From Candidatus Micrarchaeota archaeon (lineage in GTDB: Archaea > B1Sed10-29 > JAJSAI01), in assembly GCA_964625085.1 (NCBI GenBank), contig CAZVAJ010000010.1, forward strand, positions 1 through 31,454: 31,454 nucleotides of DNA. The letters are read 5' to 3'. Every line of letters starts with the position of its first letter. Position 1 is the stretch's first letter. The notes under the pieces were generated by a model that searched no databases, was not told the DNA's origin, and saw only the letters and a list, made by a program, of their open reading frames with translations. Positions 17,121 through 25,126 of the stretch are shown here, piece after piece. The translations under genes were made by a program, and so were the position numbers.

Positions 17121-18436
17121 AAAGAAGAAAAGTTCTTATTCTCGGAGCGGCTGGAAGAGACTTCCATAACTTTAACATGTTCTACCGCAACAAGAAAGAG
17201 TTTAAAGTGGTGGGGTTCACAGCAACCCAAATTCCTTTCATAGAGAACAGGATTTACCCTAAAGATCTTGCTGGAAAAGGATACCCTAAAGGGATACCGA
17301 TTTATCCTGAAGAGGATATGGAAAAGATAATAAAAAAGGAAAAAGTTGATGAAGTTGTTTTTTCTTACACTGATGTTTCCAACGAATACGTAATGCACAA
17401 AGCAGCCCAAGCACAGGCGGCTGGAGCGACTTTCACGCTACTCGGCCCTAAAGACACAATGCTCAAAAGCAGAAAACCTGTGATAGCAGTATGCGCTGTC
17501 AGGACAGGGAGTGGAAAAAGCCCTACGAGCAGAAAGGTGTGTCAAGTGCTTGAAAAGAAGGGCAAAAAAGTGGTGGTAATAAGGCACCCTATGCCCTATG
17601 GCAAACTAAATGATCAAATAGTCCAAAGGTTTGAAACAGTTCAAGATCTTGAACTAGCTGATACTACAATAGAAGAAAGAGAGGAGTATGAACAGCACAT
17701 AGCAGAGGGAAGGGTAGTGTACGCGGGCGTAGACTACGCCAAAATACTAAAAAAGGCTGAGAAAGAAGCGGATTTTATAGTCTGGGATGGGGGAAACAAT
17801 GATTTTCCGTTCATAAAACCAGACCTGATGTTCACGGTTGCAGATGCGATCAGGCCCGGGCACGAAAAAAAGTATTATCCCGGCGAAACATGCGTAAGAA
17901 TGGCTGACGCTGTAGTAATAAACAAGGAAAACAGCGCCTCAAAAACAGCAGTCAGAGAGATAAAAAAGAACGTGAAAGAACTGAACCCACAGGCAGAGAT
18001 AGTAGATGCTGAATCAAAGGTAGTTGTGGACAATCCTCAGATAATAGCAGGAGGCAAAAGAGTTCTCGTAGTAGAAGACGGGCCATCCTTAACTCATGGG
18101 GGAATGAAGTACGGAGCAGGGTACATGATTGCAAAGGAATTCAACTGCAGGATAGTAAACCCGAAAAGCAAGGTTAAAGGAAGCATAAAAGAAGCATACA
18201 AGAGATACCCCCACATAGGGCCCGTGCTCCCTGCCTTGGGGTATAGCAAAAAACAACTGGTTGAACTCGAGCAGGCCATAAACAGAATAAATTGTGATGC
18301 AGTCATAATAGGCACGCCTGTTGACCTGCGTAGGTTACTGTGGATAGACCAGCCTAGCGTTCATGTTTACTACACAGTAAAAGAGATAGGAAGACCCACA
18401 ATAAAGGAGATAATAGAAAAGAAGTTTAGGGTATAA
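17117..18436 (+). CDS. COG2403 P-loop protein; probable arginine synthetase ArcE-like (often annotated as cyclic 2,3-diphosphoglycerate synthetase or GTPase)
   Basis: ILGAAGRDFHNFN, AVRTGSGKS P-loop, IRHPMPYG, TIEEREEYE, WDGGNND, VVEDGPSLTHGGM. Confidence 0.8.
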   Translation: MKRRKVLILGAAGRDFHNFNMFYRNKKEFKVVGFTATQIPFIENRIYPKDLAGKGYPKGIPIYPEEDMEKIIKKEKVDEVVFSYTDVSNEYVMHKAAQAQAAGATFTLLGPKDTMLKSRKPVIAVCAVRTGSGKSPTSRKVCQVLEKKGKKVVVIRHPMPYGKLNDQIVQRFETVQDLELADTTIEEREEYEQHIAEGRVVYAGVDYAKILKKAEKEADFIVWDGGNNDFPFIKPDLMFTVADAIRPGHEKKYYPGETCVRMADAVVINKENSASKTAVREIKKNVKELNPQAEIVDAESKVVVDNPQIIAGGKRVLVVEDGPSLTHGGMKYGAGYMIAKEFNCRIVNPKSKVKGSIKEAYKRYPHIGPVLPALGYSKKQLVELEQAINRINCDAVIIGTPVDLRRLLWIDQPSVHVYYTVKEIGRPTIKEIIEKKFRV

Positions 18437-18451
18437 AAAAAGTGCCCGCGT

Positions 18452-18673
18452 TTACTTGAACAAGTTTTTTATGCGCAGATCAAGGTATGCTGCTATTTTA
18501 ACAGCATCCTCGTCAACCTTCTCCTTTCCAGAGTATTCCCTTATCTTCTCTGATCCTATGAGAATGTCCTCGCATAATTTATCAAGAGTTGTTCCAAGAA
18601 GGTCTACAGCATCATCAGAAAGAACAACGTTCAGTTCTTTAGCCTTGTCCTTAATCAGTTCCTTAGTGTCCAT
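18452..18673 (-). CDS. Divergent histone-fold protein
   Basis: LSDDAVDLL...EDIL...SGKEKVDEDAVKIAA aligns by eye with HMf-type VSDDA...GRKTIKAEDIELA; ATG at 18673 after GGAGTG. Confidence 0.6.
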   Translation of the reverse strand: MDTKELIKDKAKELNVVLSDDAVDLLGTTLDKLCEDILIGSEKIREYSGKEKVDEDAVKIAAYLDLRIKNLFK

Positions 18674-18678
18674 GATTA

Positions 18679-18918
18679 TCACTCCTTGCCAACAATTAGT
18701 ATGTCCCTAACTGCTTTAACCCGCTTGTACATTACACTCTTCCTTTTAAGCAGCTTCGGCAGTTCTTCCTTTGTTATGTTGGCTTTCAAAGGTTCTGTAG
18801 TTAGTCTGACAACCTCTCCTGTCTCAAGGTTGAGTATAAGGTCATTTACCTTTCCGAGATACCGCCCATCACTGTCATAGATGTCTAGACCGTAAAGCTT
18901 TGAAGCACGTATTGCCAT
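18679..18918 (-). CDS. PRC-barrel domain protein (CdpB-like)
   Basis: ASKLYGLDIYDSDGRYLGKVNDLILN...YKRVKAVRDILIV; GGAGG Shine-Dalgarno upstream. Confidence 0.88.
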   Translation of the reverse strand: MAIRASKLYGLDIYDSDGRYLGKVNDLILNLETGEVVRLTTEPLKANITKEELPKLLKRKSVMYKRVKAVRDILIVGKE

Positions 18919-19012
18919 CCTACAACCTCCTAATTTAACGAATTAAAGAAAGAAGGAAGGGTATAAAAACATTACGCAGGGTTTTTTATTCTCTTTTTCC
19001 TTCTCTTGTTCC

Positions 19013-19936
19013 ATGGACTTCCAAGACTACTACACTGAACTGAACCTGCAGCAGGGGGACAGTGTGTTAGTAACAGGAGATAACTCTCTTTTTCTGGCAT
19101 TATACCTTGCAGGCAAGGCTCGGGAAGAAGGAAAAGAAGTGAAAACACGCGCGCTCATAGGAAAAGAATCAACAGTAGTCTCAATTTCAGAAGCTCTTGA
19201 ATCAGAAAAGAAAAATTACGCCGCATTTTATGATACCCTGAAAAAAGGAGTGGTGAACACATCCTTTGGCAGGCATGATCTGCTGGAACAGTCCAACATA
19301 CTACGGTTTAACAAAATTATTCTCAAGTACGATGACTGGAACTTCAAAGTATTTGCAGAACACCTGAAAAAAATTTACGAATTGTGCGAGGATAACACAG
19401 TCATACTAATCAAGAACGGGTTTACGGTCTTCAGAATGCTAAGCAAAACAGAAAAACGGCTCTTTAAAACATCTGAGGTTCCAGTCAGTTTTGCAGAATA
19501 CTTACGTAACATAGGCCTTAGGATAATAAAACAAGACATAATAAATGAAGATTCTGTTCTTCTGCTTTCTATAGAGCTTAAGGAAAAAACAATCCCAACA
19601 GATTACAAAGTAATGCCAAAGGAAAAATGGGCAGAGGCCATCATGTCTGAAGTTGGGCAGATTGCCCTGGCCTGCAGTCCCACCACTTTCGCGATAAAAA
19701 AAGGGGACTACTACTACGTTATCTCAATGACCCCAAGGAAAGATGAAAAGGCTGTTTTCACGGTAAAGTTTTTGGACTGGGAACACCAGGTAATAAGAAA
19801 CGTCCCAGGAGTATTTGCCAAAAACATTTTAATTGTGACACTCCCAGTAATCCCAACATTCGACAAAGAGCTTCAGGAAAAAGGAATAATCACGACAAGC
19901 CCGGAAAAAGCGCTGGAGCTATTCAAGCAGAGGTGA
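19013..19936 (+). CDS. Hypothetical protein, possibly a degenerate class I methyltransferase fold plus a C-terminal alpha/beta domain
   Basis: ELNLQQGDSVLVTG...LALYLA resembles the MTase motif I region but lacks GxGxG. Confidence 0.5.
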   Translation: MDFQDYYTELNLQQGDSVLVTGDNSLFLALYLAGKAREEGKEVKTRALIGKESTVVSISEALESEKKNYAAFYDTLKKGVVNTSFGRHDLLEQSNILRFNKIILKYDDWNFKVFAEHLKKIYELCEDNTVILIKNGFTVFRMLSKTEKRLFKTSEVPVSFAEYLRNIGLRIIKQDIINEDSVLLLSIELKEKTIPTDYKVMPKEKWAEAIMSEVGQIALACSPTTFAIKKGDYYYVISMTPRKDEKAVFTVKFLDWEHQVIRNVPGVFAKNILIVTLPVIPTFDKELQEKGIITTSPEKALELFKQR

Positions 19937-19940
19937 GAAG

Positions 19941-20486
19941 ATGGTGTTAAGGAAAAAAAAGGGAAAAAAGAAAGAGATTGATAAAGACGATATGTGGATA
20001 GAAGACGATTTTGAGGATATTGATCTTGGTTTTGAGGATGTTAACGAAGTTATCAGAAGGATGCAGCAGGACATTGAAAGAATGTTCCCCGGACTTATTC
20101 AGACCATGATGAAAGAACAAGAGAACCTAATTAAAAGGATGCACGAGGGAAGAAAGCCAATAGTGTACGGATTCTCAATAAAGATGGGGCCAGAGGGAGT
20201 TAAGATAGAAGATTTTGGAAACGTAAAACCAGAAGAACAAAAGATCTCAAAAGAAAGGGAACCCCTGGTTGATATCATAAAAGAGAAAGATAAACTAAAG
20301 GTGGTCGCAGAACTTCCGGGAGTAAGCAAAAAGGACATAAAAATCAGCCTAAAACATAAGACTCTGCTTTCAATAAAGGTGGAAGGGAAGTTCTACAAAG
20401 AAATTGAGCTTCCAGCCCCTGTAAAAAAAGACTACAAAATGCAGTACAAAAATGGGGTCCTGGAACTTGACTTCAACTACGCTTAA
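19941..20486 (+). CDS. hsp20: Small heat shock protein Hsp20
   Basis: PIVYGFSIKMGPEG, REPLVDI, VVAELPGV, YKNGVLE. Confidence 0.92.
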   Translation: MVLRKKKGKKKEIDKDDMWIEDDFEDIDLGFEDVNEVIRRMQQDIERMFPGLIQTMMKEQENLIKRMHEGRKPIVYGFSIKMGPEGVKIEDFGNVKPEEQKISKEREPLVDIIKEKDKLKVVAELPGVSKKDIKISLKHKTLLSIKVEGKFYKEIELPAPVKKDYKMQYKNGVLELDFNYA

Positions 20487-20503
20487 AGGATAGGAGTGAT
20501 GAA

Positions 20504-20950
20504 ATGGAGTGTGAACTCTGCGGGCGGAAAACAGGGGAATTGTTCTTGGTAGAAGTTGAAGGAGTTAAGTTGCAAGTATGCCGAAATTGCACTAAGCATG
20601 GTAAGTTCATCTGCAAAGTGAGGGAACCAAAACCTGTGCAAACCAGAAAAGTTAACGAACAACCTGCTGAAAAGGAGATAATGCTGGCTCCAGACTACGG
20701 AGATAGGATAAGAAAAAAACGAAACAAGCTCGGATTGAAAAGAGAAGATCTTGCCAAGAAGCTTAATGAAACAGAGTCAGTAATCCGCAGACTTGAGCAT
20801 GGGGATATGGTTCCTGATGACAAACTTGTTAACAAGATAGAAAAGACCCTGAGAATAAAACTCAGAGAGGAATACGAACCAGTGAAAACCTCTGAAAAAA
20901 GAGAATCCCAAACACTAACCTTGGGGGACATAGTCAAGATAAAAAAGTGA
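20504..20950 (+). CDS. mbf1: Archaeal multiprotein bridging factor aMBF1 (Zn ribbon + HTH)
   Basis: MECELCG...VCRNC, HTH REDLAKKLNETESVIRRLE, C-terminal LTLGDIV. Confidence 0.92.
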   Translation: MECELCGRKTGELFLVEVEGVKLQVCRNCTKHGKFICKVREPKPVQTRKVNEQPAEKEIMLAPDYGDRIRKKRNKLGLKREDLAKKLNETESVIRRLEHGDMVPDDKLVNKIEKTLRIKLREEYEPVKTSEKRESQTLTLGDIVKIKK

Positions 20951-20956
20951 GGTAAT

Positions 20957-22246
20957 ATGCAAGAGCTAATTCTCATCATTTTAGGGACAGTCTTTTTAGT
21001 GCTCCTGCCAGCCGTTATTTTCCGGAAAAGGGGGTTTGAGGTCCAAGGTGTGCTGGTACTCGCAAGGACTCGGAAGGGACTTAACCTTCTGGACAAATTG
21101 GCTGGAAAAAAGAGTGCTTGGAACTTCTTTGCAGATGTGGGGATAATAATGTCCCTCGGAGTTGCGGGTGCGATCCTGCTTGGTCGGAACACAGGAAACT
21201 GGAAAAAAACGATCATAGAGTACTTAGCATCGCTTCCAGCAATCCTCTTGCTTGTAGCTCCTTTTGCAGGGAACCTGCTGATACTCCTACTAACATTGTT
21301 TTTTGGAATATCCTTTTTTATTCTGGCTGCGTTAGCGCTGAATTCCCTCATGATAGTTCAAGAATACATGCAAGGAACCACACCTAGCCCAGGGGTCATC
21401 CCAATAATCCCTGGAACAGGTAACGTTCCACTATACGCTGTAATCTCCCTGCTTATCCTGCTTGTAGTTCACGAGATGGCTCACGGTATTGTATCAAGAG
21501 CACAGAAGATCAGTGTAAAATCTCTTGGGATACTTCTCTTAGGCATAATCCCAATAGGCGCTTTTACAGAACCGGATGAAGAAGAACTTAAAAAAGCCAA
21601 AAGGGTGCGCAGGATGAGGGTCTATGCTGCAGGATCCATGGCAAACTTTGTCACAGCAGCACTGTTCTTCATACTTCTTCTTGGCAGCACCTCTCTGATA
21701 ACAGGCTATTCTTTGTACGGTGTGCCGGCGTTCGACGGCCATAAAAGCGCTCCGTTTCCCCTTGTGATCTCAAACAATCCTGAAAAAATGAACTACATGA
21801 TCCAGTACGTTGAAAACAGCTCTCCCGCCCAGCAGGCGGGCTTAGCTCCTGGTATGGTGATAGAAAACCCTGGACCGCTATTCAACAAGAGTCCTGGAGA
21901 ACAGATCGTGCTGGTGGTAAATGGTAGAGAGTACAAGATAACTGCAGATGAAGAGGGCATGGTAGGGGTCATGGGAGGTATAATGCCTGCCTACAGCAGG
22001 TACTCTTTGATTGACTGGGCTGCAGTGACTGTGCTGGGGATCTTGGCATGGACCTTCTTGTTGAACTATCTTGTTGGAATGGTAAACTTGCTTCCGTTCT
22101 GGATGCTTGATGGTTACAAGCTTGTTGAAGACCTGCTTAATGAATTCTTCTCAAAAGAGAGTGTGCGGAAGATAACGCTTGCATCAATCGCAGGATTTGT
22201 GGGTATCCTATTCATAATGAACGCAGTACCTTGGTTCATAAAATAA
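20957..22246 (+). CDS. Site-2 protease (M50) intramembrane metalloprotease with PDZ-like insert
   Basis: VHEMAHG, IGAFTEPD, YAAGSMAN, SPAQQAGL, NLLPFWMLDG. Confidence 0.93.
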   Translation: MQELILIILGTVFLVLLPAVIFRKRGFEVQGVLVLARTRKGLNLLDKLAGKKSAWNFFADVGIIMSLGVAGAILLGRNTGNWKKTIIEYLASLPAILLLVAPFAGNLLILLLTLFFGISFFILAALALNSLMIVQEYMQGTTPSPGVIPIIPGTGNVPLYAVISLLILLVVHEMAHGIVSRAQKISVKSLGILLLGIIPIGAFTEPDEEELKKAKRVRRMRVYAAGSMANFVTAALFFILLLGSTSLITGYSLYGVPAFDGHKSAPFPLVISNNPEKMNYMIQYVENSSPAQQAGLAPGMVIENPGPLFNKSPGEQIVLVVNGREYKITADEEGMVGVMGGIMPAYSRYSLIDWAAVTVLGILAWTFLLNYLVGMVNLLPFWMLDGYKLVEDLLNEFFSKESVRKITLASIAGFVGILFIMNAVPWFIK

Positions 22247-22278
22247 ACAAGAGAAAAAGGATAAAAAAGAGAGGTTTT

Positions 22279-23352
22279 TTACTTCAGGTAGCTTATTCCA
22301 AGGCTCAGATCTGAAGCTTTTTCTGTCAGGCCTTCTGCTACAGGACCTTTGATGTGCGCTGATTTCACGCCGGTCATGATGCAGATTACTTCCACCCTTC
22401 CTTCATATTCTGGAACAACTCTAGCGCCCCAGATTACCATTGCCCTTGGGTCTATTGCTTCTGTTAGTTTTTCTCCGATGTCATTCGCTTCTTTTATGCT
22501 GAAGTCAGGGCCTGCTGTTATGTGTATCAGTGCACCTCTTGCCCCTTCTCTATCAACATCAAGTAGGGCATTGTGAAGGGTGTCCTGCACAACTTCATCC
22601 ACTCTCTGGTGGCCTCTTGCTTCTCCAACGCTGATTACGGACACGCCTCCTTGAGTCATGATAGACCTCACGTCAGCAAAGTCCAGATTTATCAGAGATG
22701 GTGTCATTATTGTCTCGGTTATTCCCCTAACAGCCCTAGCGATTATCTCGTCTGCTACTGCAAATGCTTGATCCATAGGCAGGTTCGGCACAAGTTCTAC
22801 AAGCTTGTTGTTGTCAATTATGATAACCGTATCAGCAACTTTCCTCATTCTCTCTATTGCTTCATCTGCTTTCAGAAGCCTGCTTCTTTCAAGCTTGAAT
22901 GGGTACGTGACCATAGCAATTACTATTGCTCCATTCTCTTTTGCGATGTCCGCAACTATCGGAGCTGCTCCAGAACCGGTTCCTCCTCCGAATCCTGCGG
23001 TTATGAACAGAAGGTCAACTCCCTCAAGCACTTTTGATATTGCTGCTCTTGATACCTCTGCAGCTTTTGCTGCAACTTCAGGGTAACCCCCTGCACCAAG
23101 CCCTCTTGTCACACTTTCCCCAATAAGGAGCTTGTTAATAGAATCGTGGATTATCCCCAAGTGCTGGACGTCAGTGTTTATCGCGACCAGCTCTGCTCCA
23201 GTTATTCCTAACCGAGCGATCCGGTTCACAGAATTGTTTCCTGCACCACCAACTCCAACGACCATAATTTTTGGCCCATGAACAGAAGCAGAAGCCCCTG
23301 CGATGTTGGACTCTTGAGCCCTAGAAACTGCATTTCTTACAACTGATTCCAC
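22279..23352 (-). CDS. ftsZ: Cell division GTPase FtsZ (FtsZ2-like)
   Basis: GVGGAGNN, GGGTGSG, PSLINLDFAD; PFKLERSR, NLP and LLDVD..GA.GALIHIT resemble the archaeal FtsZ2 clade. Confidence 0.96.
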   Translation of the reverse strand: MESVVRNAVSRAQESNIAGASASVHGPKIMVVGVGGAGNNSVNRIARLGITGAELVAINTDVQHLGIIHDSINKLLIGESVTRGLGAGGYPEVAAKAAEVSRAAISKVLEGVDLLFITAGFGGGTGSGAAPIVADIAKENGAIVIAMVTYPFKLERSRLLKADEAIERMRKVADTVIIIDNNKLVELVPNLPMDQAFAVADEIIARAVRGITETIMTPSLINLDFADVRSIMTQGGVSVISVGEARGHQRVDEVVQDTLHNALLDVDREGARGALIHITAGPDFSIKEANDIGEKLTEAIDPRAMVIWGARVVPEYEGRVEVICIMTGVKSAHIKGPVAEGLTEKASDLSLGISYLK

Positions 23353-23380
23353 AAGCGTTCACCTCAATACCTAATTTGTG

Positions 23381-23410
23381 GTATATAAAGTCACTTACTT
23401 ATATATATAC
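23381..23410. promoter_or_regulatory. Back-to-back TATA boxes for ftsZ (minus) and SRP RNA (plus)
   Basis: GTATATAAAG (TTTATATA on the minus strand) ~30 nt before the ftsZ start; TTATATATATA ~20-30 nt before the SRP RNA 5' end. Confidence 0.55.
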
Positions 23411-23429
23411 TTATGCCTAAAGAAGACTC

Positions 23430-23700
23430 GGCGGGCTAGGCTGGGAGAGTAGCGGCCTCCTGTAACTGCAAATCCGCTTACGGCAGAGCCGAAACCCAGG
23501 GGGCGTTAGAGCCAGGCTTACATGAGCCTGGGGCCCAACGTTGACGTCCTGTCTGACAGGATTCTGAACACGGCGAACCTGGTCAGGCCCGGGAGGGAGC
23601 AGCCATAAACCGTGTTCAGGGTGTCTGCCAGGTAGCAGGACTGAGGTAAGCCCCAACAGCTCATGCCTGTCTGGCCTAGCCACCCCTGGACCGCCCGCCA
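23430..23700 (+). ncRNA. ffs: Archaeal SRP (7S) RNA
   Basis: Helix 1 GGCGGGC/GCCCGCC; Alu-domain UGUAA motif; helix 8 SRP54 site GGUCAGGCCC-GGGA-GGGAGCAGCC (23581-23604); long helix 5. Confidence 0.94.
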
Positions 23701-23719
23701 CTTAAAAGGAGAAGTCACA

Positions 23720-24400
23720 ATGACAAAAACGCAAGCAGTCCTACTGTTAATCTCAGTACTTATCGGATTTTTTTTAGGATTTACTAGCCCAGAACCTGCT
23801 GCCAGGAGTATAACAACGCACATGGTAGGCGTTAATGGCCAGAACGGGGGCATCTTAGTAAGGGTAAGAGTGAGCATGATTCCTGGAAACGGCAAAATCC
23901 TCGTGAACATAGACAACCCTTTGTTCATAACCGACACGCAGGAGTCCCTGAGAACTGCAGTAAAAGCAGCAGCAGAGTACACTGGAATAAACAGCAATGA
24001 TTATGACTTTATTTTTTCTGTTGAAGAAGATAACGTGCAAATTGAAGGCCCGTCTGCAGGAGCAAGCATGGCTGCAGCCCTTGTAGCACTAATAGAAAAC
24101 AAGCAAATAAAAGCCCACCATTATGCAACAGGCAGCATAACCGAAAATGGTAGCATAACCGCTGTAGGAAGCATTCTTGAAAAAGCAGAAACCCTCAGCC
24201 CTGGAGAAGTGCTGATAGTACCTGCTGGTCAAAAAGTAGGGACAGAGCAGATAGAAGATTGTTCTGAGAAACAAAGTAACAACTACTACTACAAAGAATG
24301 CAAAATTAAGTATGAGCCAGTAGACGTGTCTGAAAAAACAGGAGTAAAAGTTATAGAGGTAAACAACCTAGATGAACTAGTACAAATTATGCTGGAGTGA
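23720..24400 (+). CDS. Exported Lon-type S16 serine protease domain (COG1750-like)
   Basis: Signal/anchor peptide, GNGKILV, TQES, IEGPSAG (catalytic Ser), ATGSI..NGSI.AVGSILEK (catalytic Lys). Confidence 0.88.
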   Translation: MTKTQAVLLLISVLIGFFLGFTSPEPAARSITTHMVGVNGQNGGILVRVRVSMIPGNGKILVNIDNPLFITDTQESLRTAVKAAAEYTGINSNDYDFIFSVEEDNVQIEGPSAGASMAAALVALIENKQIKAHHYATGSITENGSITAVGSILEKAETLSPGEVLIVPAGQKVGTEQIEDCSEKQSNNYYYKECKIKYEPVDVSEKTGVKVIEVNNLDELVQIMLE

Positions 24401-24406
24401 ACTCAG

Positions 24407-25084
24407 GTGACACTAAAACAAGCAGGAGCAATACTTGCCACAGCAGTCTTGCTGGCAAGCTTTTTCTGGTTAGGAACAAACGTGAAGGACCAAAAGATAG
24501 TGATACCCTGCAAACCAAAACAACCGGAACACAAACCAACCATAACAGAAGAAGAGACCACTGTAATTGTAAACGGCGTAGGACTTTTTGATAACACCAG
24601 CAACGGGGAGATAGTTCATATAATCATCACTTCAAAAAGAGGAGAAGGGAGAGTTTTTGCCGATTTCTCTACAGGAGCGTATGTGGGAACAGACCTGCAA
24701 GAATCCATACTTCTAGCAAGACTGGTCGCATCAGAATACACTGGAGAACTGGCGTTTGACAAAGATTACTTCGTGACCTTTGACTCAGAAGCAACAGAAG
24801 TATCAGGATCCTCTGGCACTGCTGGAATTGCCGCAGGTTTTGTGGCCCTAGCAGAAGGGAAAAGAGTAAAGCAAAATGTTGCAGTGTCAGGGTTCGTCTA
24901 CGAGAACCAAACAATAGGGGAAGTAGAAAGAATCGGGGATAAAACAAGAGTAGCAGAAAAAGCAGGCATGACAAGCATGATTATCCCTGCAGTGCAGTGT
25001 AACAAGACCATGATGGAAAACTTTACGATAGAAGTAATCTGCGCGCATGACCTATCAGATGTAATAGACAACCTGCTTGAATAA
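24407..25084 (+). CDS. Second exported Lon-type S16 protease paralog
   Basis: Signal/anchor peptide, GEGRVF, LQES, VSGSSG, AVSGFV...IGEVERIGDK. Confidence 0.8.
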   Translation: MTLKQAGAILATAVLLASFFWLGTNVKDQKIVIPCKPKQPEHKPTITEEETTVIVNGVGLFDNTSNGEIVHIIITSKRGEGRVFADFSTGAYVGTDLQESILLARLVASEYTGELAFDKDYFVTFDSEATEVSGSSGTAGIAAGFVALAEGKRVKQNVAVSGFVYENQTIGEVERIGDKTRVAEKAGMTSMIIPAVQCNKTMMENFTIEVICAHDLSDVIDNLLE

Positions 25085-25126
25085 CTTCCCGAAAACCTTT
25101 TTATGCTCAAACTCTTTTTTTCAGTC

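Noticed and set aside
23547..23561. Hairpin UCCUGU-CUG-ACAGGA as SRP helix 6
   Set aside because: It has a 3-nt loop without GNAR, and forming it would leave the 30-nt opposite strand unpaired; the long-range pairing explains both strands, though a vestigial alternative fold is not excluded.
23417..23997. Minus-strand ORFs 23417-23701 and 23518-23997, and the 23663 extension of the S16 ORF
   Set aside because: They are shadows of the GC-rich SRP RNA and the S16 gene.
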